Shown here: positions 34,861 to 43,699 of the stretch, piece after piece
Position numbering within the stretch: the first letter of the stretch is position 1
Layout of the letters: each line of letters opens with the position of its first letter
Virus record (IMG/VR): IMGVR_UViG_3300002461_000585
Span: 528-64,527 of that record
Origin: a virus
Reading direction: 5' to 3' (one strand)
DNA length: 64,000 nt
The notes under the pieces: generated by a model
Database searches by the model: none
What the model was told of the DNA's origin: nothing
Seen by the model: the letters and a program-made list of their open reading frames with translations, nothing else
Translations under genes and position numbers: made by a program

Positions 34861-35289
34861 ATGTCTCAAGACAAACGTATTATTTTCACCCGCCCTGATG
34901 GCGGTGTTTCCGTCATCGTGCCTGCCCCCGGCGTGGACATGAAGCGTGTGTGGGCCGACGTGCCTGCCAACGCGGTCGACGTGGATGAGGTCAACGTGGC
35001 CGACATCCCTCAGGACCGCACCTTCCGCAACGCCTGGAAAAAAGAAGGCCGCAAGTGCGTCGAGGATGCGGCCAAGTGCAAGGAGATCAGCCACGCGCAC
35101 CGCCGCGCCGTTCGCGCTGCCGAGTTCGCACCCCTGGATGCAGCCATCGCAGCCCAGATCCCGGGCGCCAACGCGGCTGCGGTCGAGGCGCAGCGTCAAG
35201 CCATTCGCGACAAACACGCCAGTGCCCAAAAACGCATTGATGTGGCTCAGAGCCCGGAAGAGCTCAAGGCCGTTCTGGAAACGCTGTGA
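34861..35289 (+). CDS. Tail fibre assembly-like protein
   Basis: AAGGAG RBS; DRTFRNAW, RQAIRD motifs. Confidence 0.65.
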   Translation: MSQDKRIIFTRPDGGVSVIVPAPGVDMKRVWADVPANAVDVDEVNVADIPQDRTFRNAWKKEGRKCVEDAAKCKEISHAHRRAVRAAEFAPLDAAIAAQIPGANAAAVEAQRQAIRDKHASAQKRIDVAQSPEELKAVLETL

Positions 35290-35639
35290 CGCTGGCTGTC
35301 GATCTCGGCTGGTGGGACCTGCTGTGGGTCCTGCCGACCAGCCTCTATGTGCTCTGGTGGAACTACGTGGCCACCATGCGCGTGCGCGACCTGTGGGGCA
35401 CTCTGCCCACGGCCAGCAAAGCCCTCGCGGTCCTGCCGGTCACGTTCGCCTTCTTCGTCGACATCGTGTGTAATGTCATCACCGCCAGCATCCTGGGGTG
35501 GGAGTGGCCCCGAGAGGTCACGCTGACCAAGCGTCTCAAGCGGTGGCGGGCCATGGGCCCACACAGCCCCAAACGCTCTGCAACAGCCCGCTGGGCTTGC
35601 GCCAATTTGATCAACCCGTTCGACGAGGGCCACTGCTGA
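35286..35639 (+). CDS. Membrane protein (DUF1353-unrelated, lysis-cassette upstream)
   Basis: Two hydrophobic segments; NPFDEGHC end; GTG start. Confidence 0.55.
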   Translation: MTLAVDLGWWDLLWVLPTSLYVLWWNYVATMRVRDLWGTLPTASKALAVLPVTFAFFVDIVCNVITASILGWEWPREVTLTKRLKRWRAMGPHSPKRSATARWACANLINPFDEGHC

Positions 35640-35959
35640 TGTCTGCCGCTACTTTCCAAGACGCTGTCTGGATCATCGACATACTCATCGGTCTGCTTCT
35701 CACACTAGGTGGAGTTCTTATGAACAACATGTGGAAGGAGATCCAAGACCTGCGCAAGGCCAAGCACTCACACACCAGCGAGATCGCTGCGTTGAAGATC
35801 CTGGTGGTGGGCGACTACGTCAAGCGCGACGAGTTGCGGGACATCATGAAAGACATCACGACGGAGATGAAAACGGGCTTCACCAACCTGAACAGCCGCA
35901 TCGACTCCGGGTTCTCTGAACTGTACGACGAACTCAAGCACAAGGTCGACAAGCCATGA
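35639..35959 (+). CDS. Putative holin/antiholin (1 TM plus coiled-coil)
   Basis: TM IIDILIGLLLTLGGVLM; directly before the endolysin. Confidence 0.6.
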   Translation: MSAATFQDAVWIIDILIGLLLTLGGVLMNNMWKEIQDLRKAKHSHTSEIAALKILVVGDYVKRDELRDIMKDITTEMKTGFTNLNSRIDSGFSELYDELKHKVDKP

Positions 35960-36495
35960 AAGTCGAGGACTACATCGCAGCCCTGCTCAAGCGCGAGGAC
36001 GGGTACGTCGACCACCCCGCGGATCGCGGAGGCCCCACCAATCACGGAATCACAGAAGCGGTTGCGCGCGCCTACGGCTACCACGGACGCATGCAGGACA
36101 TGCCCGTCTCGGTGGCCAAGGCCATCTACGTCGAGCGGTACTGGTTCGCACCGGGCTTCGACAAGATCAACGAACACAGCACCGTTGTGGCCGAGGAACT
36201 GCTCGACACAGGCGTCAACATGGGCACCGGCGTCGCGGCTCGCTTCCTGCAGCGCGCGCTCAACGTGCTCAACTCCGAGGGCAAGCACTACCCGGACATC
36301 ACGGTGGACGGCGCCATCGGGCGCATGACCATTGCTGCGCTGCGGGCCTACCTCGCACACCGGGGCAAAGACGGCCACGTTGTGCTGTTCCGCGCACTCG
36401 ACTCGCTGCAAGGCGCCCGCTACATCGAGATCGCCGAGGGGCGCGCCAGCCAGGAGGCTTTCGTGCACGGCTGGTTTCTTCACCGCACGAGGTAA
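35956..36495 (+). CDS. Endolysin, glycoside hydrolase family 108 with peptidoglycan-binding domain
   Basis: REDGYVDHPADRGGPTNHGIT; DTGVNMG; QEAFVHGW motifs. Confidence 0.9.
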   Translation: MKVEDYIAALLKREDGYVDHPADRGGPTNHGITEAVARAYGYHGRMQDMPVSVAKAIYVERYWFAPGFDKINEHSTVVAEELLDTGVNMGTGVAARFLQRALNVLNSEGKHYPDITVDGAIGRMTIAALRAYLAHRGKDGHVVLFRALDSLQGARYIEIAEGRASQEAFVHGWFLHRTR

Positions 36496-36497
36496 TC

Positions 36498-37034
36498 ATG
36501 GACTTCCTGAAAAAAATCGCGCCCACGCTGGCCACGGCCATTGTCGGACCTCTCGGTGGGCTGGCGGTGGAAGCCATTGGCAAGGCGTTCGGCTGGGAAG
36601 ACGCGACTGTGCAGAAGGTCGAGGAGATGCTCACCAACGGGCAGCTGTCCAGTGAAGACATCGCCAAGCTCAAGATGGCCGAGCTCGAGATGCTCAAGCA
36701 CGAGCGCGAACTGGGGTTCCGCTTCGCTGAACTGCAGCTGAAAGACGCCCAGGCCGAGCACGCCGAGCAGCAGGCGACCATCCGCAGCGGGGACAACGCC
36801 GAGGACACCTACGTGCGGCACACGCGCCCTCTGATGGCGCGGCAGTCCTGGTACGGCATGGGGGTATACATCTTCGCCTTCGAAGTGGCCAAGGCTTTCG
36901 ACACAGGCACGGGCGCCAGCTTTGAACTCGCTGCGCTCATTGGCGCGCCGGGGCTTGCCTACATTGGCTTTCGCTCGGTCTTCGACAAGTTCGGGCTGAC
37001 CGGCAAGGTCGGCAGCATGCTCTCGCGCAAGTGA
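36498..37034 (+). CDS. 3TM holin family protein
   Basis: RPLMA...GLAYIGFRSVFDK C-terminal pattern. Confidence 0.7.
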   Translation: MDFLKKIAPTLATAIVGPLGGLAVEAIGKAFGWEDATVQKVEEMLTNGQLSSEDIAKLKMAELEMLKHERELGFRFAELQLKDAQAEHAEQQATIRSGDNAEDTYVRHTRPLMARQSWYGMGVYIFAFEVAKAFDTGTGASFELAALIGAPGLAYIGFRSVFDKFGLTGKVGSMLSRK

Positions 37035-37075
37035 GCCCGCGCCCGTAGAATCGGGCCAGTAACTGGAGAACCACC

Positions 37076-37300
37076 ATGAAGATCCTGCAAGCCGGAAACA
37101 AAGTGTCCGTGGGCGCCAAAGGCACCCGCACATCCATGCCGCGCAGCGATGACGAAGCTGCGTCCATGATGGCCCCGAAGTCGCGTCGCACCCCGATGGC
37201 CGTGGGCGAGGGCAACAAGGCCAACGCCGCTGCCCGCAAAGAAGCAGGCATGAAGGCCGGCGGCATGGTCAAGAAGCCGGGCAAGGGTCGCTACTGCTGA
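37076..37300 (+). CDS. Small basic protein with MKAGG motif
   Basis: GGAG RBS. Confidence 0.65.
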   Translation: MKILQAGNKVSVGAKGTRTSMPRSDDEAASMMAPKSRRTPMAVGEGNKANAAARKEAGMKAGGMVKKPGKGRYC

Positions 37301-37323
37301 CCCGCCCGTGAACCGGGCCCAAT

Positions 37324-39186
37324 ATGCCGCTCAAGAAGCTCCAGTTTCGCCCTGGAATCATCAAGGAGGTCACTGCCCTCAGCGCCGCCGGCGGGTGGGT
37401 TGACTGCGACCGCGTTCGCTTCCGCAAAGGGTTCCCTGAGAGCATCGGCGGCTGGCAGCGTTTTTCACCGAGCGTTTTTCTCGGCACTGCGCGCACGCTG
37501 GTCGAGTGGGCCACGCTGGGGGGTGTCTCGCTCTACGGCATCGGGACCAACCTCAAGTACTACGTCTCGCGCGGCGCCGACTACACCGACATCACGCCGA
37601 TCCGCAGCACCACGGCAGCAGGCGAGGTTACCTTCACCGCTGTGAACGGCAGCAGCGTCCTGACCGTGAACGACACTGCGCACGGCGCGCTGGAGGGCGA
37701 CTTCGTCACCTTCAGTGGGGCGGTTTCTCTTGGTGGCAATGTGACGGCAGCGGTGCTGAACGCACAGTACCAAGTACTACCCCTGCCATCAGCAAACACC
37801 TACACGGTCCAGCTGGCGGTGACGGCCAACGCATCTGACATCGGCAACGGCGGGGCGGCGGTGGTGGGTAAGTACCAGCTGAACACGGGTGCAGCTATTC
37901 AGGAAGCGCTCACCGGCTGGGGCGCAGGCGCCTGGGGTTTTGGTGCATGGGGCGAGGGTGTTGTCGGCGCAGAACCGTTGCGTCTCTGGAACCACGCCAA
38001 CTACGGCGAGGACCTGATCTTCGGCCCCCGGGGCGGCAAGCTCTACTACTTCGATTCCAGCGTCGGCATCTCCAGCAACAACCGGGGCACGTTGATCACG
38101 GGTTCCGAGGTCCCCACCGTGCACAACGCGCTGCTTATCTCGGACGTCTCGCGCTTCGTGATCGTCTTCGGCTGCAACGAGATCTTCACCGCGACGTTGG
38201 ACCCGATGCTGGTGCGGTGGTCCGACCAGGAGGGCTACACCAAGTGGTCCCCGGCGATCACGAACCAAGCGGGTGGGCAGCGCCTGTCCAACGGGTCCCA
38301 GATCATCACCGCGCGCCAGAGCCGACAGGAGATCCTGATCTGGACCGACACTGCGCTGTACTCGATGCAGTACGTCGGGCCGGACGTGGTCTGGGCGTTC
38401 CAGCTGCTGGGGGAGAACACCTCCATCGCGTCTCCGCAGGCGGCGACGCTGGCGCAGGGCGTGGCCTACTGGATGGGGCGGGACAAGTTTTACAAGTACG
38501 ACGGTCGCGTGCAGACGCTCCCCTGCGACCTGCGCCGCTTCGTCTTCACGGATTTCAACTACTCCCAGGCAGACCAAGTGGTGTGCGGCACCAACGAGGG
38601 CTTCAGCGAGATCTGGTGGCACTACCCCTCCGCAGGCAGCACGACCAACAACCGCTACGTGGTCTACAACTACGAAGAGAACATCTGGTATCACGGCGAC
38701 ATGGAACGCACGGCGTGGCTGGACAGCCGCTTGCGCGGCAACCCCATCGCTGCGTTTGAGCAGACCCTGCTGGACCACGAGACCGGCGTCGATGATGTCT
38801 CGGGCAGCACGCCCGTCGCACTGAATTCCTGGCTCACCTCTGCGCCGGTGGACATCGACGACGGGGAGCGGTTCTCTCTGGTCACGCGGATGCTGCCCGA
38901 CATCACATTCGATCGATCGACATCTGCTGCGCCCCAGGTCTCGATGACGGTGTTGCCCATGAAAAGCTCGGGGCAGGGCTACAACGACCCGCTGTCTGTC
39001 GGCGGCGAGTCGGTGCGCGACGTCATCCGCTCGGCCACGGTGCCGGTGGAGCTTTACACCAGCCAGATCAACATCCGCCTGCGCGGGCGCCAGATGGTCA
39101 TGCGCATCCAGGCCGAAGAGGTCGGCACCGCGTGGCAGCTGGGCACGCCTCGGGTGGAGCTCACGCCTTCCGGTCGGAGGGGCTGA
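37324..39186 (+). CDS. Tail tubular protein B / DNA stabilisation protein (P22 gp10-like)
   Basis: MPLKKLQFRPGI start; beta-propeller-like WSDQE, EIWWHYPS motifs. Confidence 0.8.
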   Translation: MPLKKLQFRPGIIKEVTALSAAGGWVDCDRVRFRKGFPESIGGWQRFSPSVFLGTARTLVEWATLGGVSLYGIGTNLKYYVSRGADYTDITPIRSTTAAGEVTFTAVNGSSVLTVNDTAHGALEGDFVTFSGAVSLGGNVTAAVLNAQYQVLPLPSANTYTVQLAVTANASDIGNGGAAVVGKYQLNTGAAIQEALTGWGAGAWGFGAWGEGVVGAEPLRLWNHANYGEDLIFGPRGGKLYYFDSSVGISSNNRGTLITGSEVPTVHNALLISDVSRFVIVFGCNEIFTATLDPMLVRWSDQEGYTKWSPAITNQAGGQRLSNGSQIITARQSRQEILIWTDTALYSMQYVGPDVVWAFQLLGENTSIASPQAATLAQGVAYWMGRDKFYKYDGRVQTLPCDLRRFVFTDFNYSQADQVVCGTNEGFSEIWWHYPSAGSTTNNRYVVYNYEENIWYHGDMERTAWLDSRLRGNPIAAFEQTLLDHETGVDDVSGSTPVALNSWLTSAPVDIDDGERFSLVTRMLPDITFDRSTSAAPQVSMTVLPMKSSGQGYNDPLSVGGESVRDVIRSATVPVELYTSQINIRLRGRQMVMRIQAEEVGTAWQLGTPRVELTPSGRRG

Positions 39187-39443
39187 TGTTCGGCAACCAG
39201 CGCCCCCCTCGCCTGCCCGATCCACCGACGGCGTTTGACGGGCCCCAGCGCCTGTTCCTGGCGGATATGCTGCGCACGCTGCGTCTGTTCTTCGACGGGA
39301 TCACTGCCGAGCAGCCGGTCAACATCACGCGTCTGAACATCAATGTTGATCGCCTACCCACTCAGGCGGATCTCGCAAGCCTGCGCAGCGGCGACGTCTA
39401 CCGGGACACCGCCGCAGGTGACGTATTGAAGATCAAGCCTTAA
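39186..39443 (+). CDS. Small virion protein (LPTQADLASLRSGDVY; tail-needle-like position)
   Basis: Overlap-coupled to the previous gene. Confidence 0.65.
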   Translation: MFGNQRPPRLPDPPTAFDGPQRLFLADMLRTLRLFFDGITAEQPVNITRLNINVDRLPTQADLASLRSGDVYRDTAAGDVLKIKP

Positions 39444-39461
39444 AATCCCCCGCAACACGAG

Positions 39462-40715
39462 GTGCCCATCATGAGCCTGAAAAAAGCAGCTGAACAAGTC
39501 CGAGGCGCAGGTCGCGGCAAAGACACCGAACTGGTCCACTTCACCAAGAACGAGGTGGGTGCGCTCAAGGGTCTGGCCAAAGCCGCCGGCGGCAAGCTCA
39601 CGCGCAACCCCGAGACGGGCATGCTGGAAGCGGGCTTCCTCGACTCCATGCTCCCGACCATTCTGGGCTTCGGCGCCAACCTCATCGTTCCCGGCTCGGG
39701 CATGATCGTCGGCGGTCTTGCCGGCGCGGCCCAGAACAAGAACGACCCCCTGATGGGCGCGGCGCTCGGTGCCATGGGCGGCTATGGTGGTGGCCAGCTG
39801 GCTGCAGGCATTCAAGGCGCTGGTGCCGGTGCTGCGCAGATGACGGCCGAGCAGGCGGCCCAGGCCGCGGCTACCGAGGGCATGAAAGAAGCCGCCATCG
39901 GGCAAGGCCTGCAGATGGCCCCCGGCGGAGCGAGTGTCGGGCTGGGCCTGGACCCCACGGTCGCCGCCTCGATGACCGAGAACATCGTGCCTGCCGCCAC
40001 GAACAAGGCTGCCACGGACGCCACGCTGCAGTTTCTGGACAAGCCCTTCTACGAGCAGATCGGCCAGGGCGCGCAGGCCGCGTTCAACGACCCGTCCAAG
40101 TTCATTCAGGGCATGGGCGGCAACATGCCCACCGCCAAGGCCGCCGGCCTCGCAGCCGCGCCGATGCTCTACGACTACATGATGCCCAAGCAAAAGGGCG
40201 ATGGCAAAGAGAAGCCCGACTGGGCTGAAGGCGAGGGCAAGGAGTTCGACTACAACCCCGGCTACACCGGCGGCACCATGACGGGCCCCGACATCTCCAG
40301 CGAGCGCCAGTGGTACAACTCGTCCTACACGCCGCGCATGGCGGGCGGGGGGCTCTTGCGGTACGCCGGCGGCGGTGAAGTGCAGATGTCCGAGGGCGGC
40401 TTCGTGATCCCGGCCGACGTGGTGTCCATGGCCGGCAACGGCAGTTCCAGCGCAGGTCTCGAAGCCTTTGGCAGCCTGATGGGTGCGATGCCCATCGACG
40501 GCCCCGGCGACGGCATGAGCGACGACATTCCTGCCAGCATTGACGGACGCGCACCCGCGCGCGTGGCGCGCCAGGAAGCATACCTGCCGCCCGAGACCGT
40601 GGCGCGCATGGGCGGGGCCAAGAAGCTCTACAGCATGGTTGAGCGTGTGCGCAAGATGGCGCACGGCAAGACCACTCAGCAACGCCCTGTCGATCTGCGC
40701 AAGGCGCTGGCCTGA
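39462..40715 (+). CDS. Internal virion/ejection protein with GPGDGMSDDIPA motif
   Basis: NPETGMLEAG, Gly/Ala-rich TM segments, GPGDGMSD motif. Confidence 0.75.
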   Translation: MPIMSLKKAAEQVRGAGRGKDTELVHFTKNEVGALKGLAKAAGGKLTRNPETGMLEAGFLDSMLPTILGFGANLIVPGSGMIVGGLAGAAQNKNDPLMGAALGAMGGYGGGQLAAGIQGAGAGAAQMTAEQAAQAAATEGMKEAAIGQGLQMAPGGASVGLGLDPTVAASMTENIVPAATNKAATDATLQFLDKPFYEQIGQGAQAAFNDPSKFIQGMGGNMPTAKAAGLAAAPMLYDYMMPKQKGDGKEKPDWAEGEGKEFDYNPGYTGGTMTGPDISSERQWYNSSYTPRMAGGGLLRYAGGGEVQMSEGGFVIPADVVSMAGNGSSSAGLEAFGSLMGAMPIDGPGDGMSDDIPASIDGRAPARVARQEAYLPPETVARMGGAKKLYSMVERVRKMAHGKTTQQRPVDLRKALA

Positions 40716-40717
40716 AC

Positions 40718-41125
40718 ATGCCCCTGTACCACGTCAACCCCAACGAACTGCCTCAGGTCTGGCCCCAGGCGGCCCCGCTCATTGCCAAGTACACTGAGAC
40801 GGAGCCGCAGGGCATCACGCTTGAGCAGATCGAGTTCCTCGTGCGCACAGGGCGCCTGAACCTGCTGGTTTGGGAAGAGCCCGGCGAGGGGATCACGGGC
40901 GCGGTGACGGTGGAGTTCATCGACTACCCCCGCGAGCGGGTAGCGCACGTGGACCACCTGGGCGGCAAGGCCATCGTGCGGGAGCACGTGTTTGCCGAAG
41001 CCATGAAGTGGATGCGCCTCTATGGCGCCACAAAAGCGCAGTGTTGGTGCCGGAAGACGCTTGTTCCGATGTACGAAAAAATGGGTATGGAGAATACCCA
41101 CCACGTCATGAGGATCGAGCTATGA
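40718..41125 (+). CDS. GNAT-fold acetyltransferase-like protein in the ejection cluster
   Basis: Size, position and alpha/beta pattern ending MYEKMG. Confidence 0.55.
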   Translation: MPLYHVNPNELPQVWPQAAPLIAKYTETEPQGITLEQIEFLVRTGRLNLLVWEEPGEGITGAVTVEFIDYPRERVAHVDHLGGKAIVREHVFAEAMKWMRLYGATKAQCWCRKTLVPMYEKMGMENTHHVMRIEL

Positions 41126-43638
41126 AACGCCTGTTTGTTTGGCTCTTTGAGGGCCTCTTCGACCGCTTGACCGCGCACATGGGCCGTCAAGGCTTCATCC
41201 TGTACGGCGGTGGTGGCGGCGGCCCACAGATCAGCACGGGGACGACCTACACCTCGAACATCCCTGAGTACGCGCAAGCCCCGTTCATGAACTTGGTGGG
41301 CAAGGCGGAGGCGATCTCCAACCAGCCGTACCAGCCGTTCACCGGGCAACGCATTCAGGGCTTCACGCCGCTGCAGCAGCAGGCGCAGACAGGCGCGGCC
41401 AACCAGGGTGTTGCCGGCCAGATCGGCTTTGGCTCGGGCCTCGCGGCTGGCGCAGCCACGTCCAGCTTCACCAACCCGGGCACTGCCGGGGCGTTCATGT
41501 CGCCCTACATGCAGAACGTGGTGGAGATGCAGCAGCGCGACGCCACGCGACAGGCGGGCATTGCGGGCGCGCAGCGCGCGGCTGAGTTCACCAAGGCCGG
41601 TGCCTTTGGCGGCAGCCGTCAGGCGATCATGGACGCGGAAGCTGCGCGCAACCTCGCGCTGCAGCAAGGCGACATCCAGGCCAAGGGGCTGCAGTCGGCG
41701 TTCGACGCGGGCCAGGGGCAGTTCAACAACGAGATGAACCGCGGTCTCGCGGGTGCGCAGGCGCTCGGCCAGCTGGGGCAGATGCAGTTCGGTCAGCAGA
41801 TGGACACCATTGGGCTGCAGGACAAGATGGGCCAGCAACAGCAGGCGCAGGGGCAGAAGCAACTCGACCAGCAGTACAGCGACTTCCAGCAGCAGCGCGA
41901 CTACCCGTACCAGCAGCTGGGCTTCCTGTCGGACATCTTGCGCGGCACGGCCGGATCTTCGCGGACCATGTACTCGTCGCAGCCGACGGCAGGTGGTCTG
42001 CAGAAGTTGGCCGGTCTGGGTGCGCTGGCAGGCGCGTTCTTCCGTGGCGGCTCGGTGGGCTACGCCTCGGGCGGCATCGTGAAGGGCTACGCCGCCGGCG
42101 GCACGGTGGAGCCGCTGGCCCTGCCCGCCCGCCTGCGCACCATGTCCGACCAGCAGCTGGCCCAGTTCACGCAGCAGCACGGCGAGGATCTGTTCTCCAT
42201 GGCGCTGGCCAAGTCGGAGAGCGACGCACGCGCACGCATGCGGCAGGCCGGTGCCCCCGCCGAAGCCCCTCAGGGCACGGTGATGGACGAGGTCGCGGCT
42301 GAGATGGACCCCATGACGCAGGGCGGCATCGCTGCGGCTGTGCCCGACATGGACTTTGCTGACGGCGGCATCGTGGGCTACGCGGACGGCGGCCCCACGC
42401 GCTACCCCGGCCTGATCCAGTACGAAGGCGCAGGCGACACGCTGTTGCCGCGCACGACGGGCTATGAAGGCATGGGGGTCCTGGAGGCCCTCAGCGCCAT
42501 GGGCGTGGACATCGGCGACTGGGCCAAGCGCAAGGGTCTCACCGGCTCGCTGCAGGACAAGGTCGCGGACAAGAAGGACTTCGGCAAGCTCGGCGAGACT
42601 GAGAATCTGGCGTCGCGCTACCCTGCACCCGCCGGCCTGGAGGCTGCACTGCCTCCTGAAGACGCCCCCGATGCGCCTGCTCTGCCGGCGTCGAACCCGC
42701 AGGCAGGAAACGATCGTACTTCGGTCTCCGCCTCTGGCCGCACCGGCACCAGCGTCGCGGGCACGCCGCGCGCAGGGCTGGCAGGCGCTCCGGTGTTCGA
42801 CGTCAAAGCCATCATGGACCCGCTGCAGAAGGGGCTGACCGAGGCCCAGGCCGCTGACCGTGCAGCTGCAGAAGCTGACCGCGATGACTTCGAGAAAGAC
42901 GTCGCCGCGCGCGGCAAAGCCGGTGAGGGCCGTGAGGCACGCATCAAGGCCGAGCAAGCTGGCATGGCAGGCTCCGAGGAGAAGGCCCGCAAGGCGGCGT
43001 TCCTGCAAGCGGGTCTGGCCATTCTGACTGCCGACCCAAGCCGTGGGGGCCTTGCCGCCATCGCCGAGGGCGCAGGCAAGGGCGTGTCGCAGTACCGTGG
43101 CGACATCGAGAAGCTCGAAGCCAAGCGGGGTGTGTTGCTGGACAAACTCGACCAGATCGACGACCTGCGTCGTCAGGAAGCCAACGCAACCGCCACCGAG
43201 CGCCGTGCCATCGCATCGCGAATCCGCGGCCTCACCGGTGCAGCCGTTCGCGAGCAGGTGGAGTTGGCCAAGAGCGTGGGCATTCCGCTCACCACGGCAG
43301 CTGCCAAGATGTCGCAGGACCGCTACCTCACCGAGATCAAGATCAAGGCCGATGAGAAGAACGCTCGTATCTCTGCCGGCGGACGCAGCAACGCACAGCT
43401 GGAGATCATCAACGCGCTGTCGCGGGATCCGAACCTGCTGCGCACGTACCAGACCATGCAGACCAAGGGCGGCGGGTTCGACCCGCGCGAAGGCTACGTG
43501 GACTACATGAAGAACTTCAAGCCAGACCCCCTGACGCCCGGGTCCAAGCCCATGACGTTCGGCGAGTTCGCACGCATGTTCCCACCCGCGCCGATCAGCG
43601 GAAACGCACCGCCGCAGGGGGCCACGATCCGTCCCTGA
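41122..43638 (+). CDS. Internal virion/ejection (DNA pilot-like) protein, 838 aa
   Basis: Leader ending LYGGGGGG; FMSPYMQNVV, GAFGGSRQ motifs; Q/A/G-rich. Confidence 0.75.
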   Translation: MKRLFVWLFEGLFDRLTAHMGRQGFILYGGGGGGPQISTGTTYTSNIPEYAQAPFMNLVGKAEAISNQPYQPFTGQRIQGFTPLQQQAQTGAANQGVAGQIGFGSGLAAGAATSSFTNPGTAGAFMSPYMQNVVEMQQRDATRQAGIAGAQRAAEFTKAGAFGGSRQAIMDAEAARNLALQQGDIQAKGLQSAFDAGQGQFNNEMNRGLAGAQALGQLGQMQFGQQMDTIGLQDKMGQQQQAQGQKQLDQQYSDFQQQRDYPYQQLGFLSDILRGTAGSSRTMYSSQPTAGGLQKLAGLGALAGAFFRGGSVGYASGGIVKGYAAGGTVEPLALPARLRTMSDQQLAQFTQQHGEDLFSMALAKSESDARARMRQAGAPAEAPQGTVMDEVAAEMDPMTQGGIAAAVPDMDFADGGIVGYADGGPTRYPGLIQYEGAGDTLLPRTTGYEGMGVLEALSAMGVDIGDWAKRKGLTGSLQDKVADKKDFGKLGETENLASRYPAPAGLEAALPPEDAPDAPALPASNPQAGNDRTSVSASGRTGTSVAGTPRAGLAGAPVFDVKAIMDPLQKGLTEAQAADRAAAEADRDDFEKDVAARGKAGEGREARIKAEQAGMAGSEEKARKAAFLQAGLAILTADPSRGGLAAIAEGAGKGVSQYRGDIEKLEAKRGVLLDKLDQIDDLRRQEANATATERRAIASRIRGLTGAAVREQVELAKSVGIPLTTAAAKMSQDRYLTEIKIKADEKNARISAGGRSNAQLEIINALSRDPNLLRTYQTMQTKGGGFDPREGYVDYMKNFKPDPLTPGSKPMTFGEFARMFPPAPISGNAPPQGATIRP

Positions 43639-43699
43639 CCGGGCATAATCACAGCGCCGCTTGACGGCGCTTTTCAGCCTCTACGGAGCACACACAGCT

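Noticed and set aside
35956-36495. Inactive endolysin because of EDGY instead of EGGY
   Set aside because: The catalytic Glu and downstream DxGGxTxxGI motif are retained, so this is probably a natural variant.
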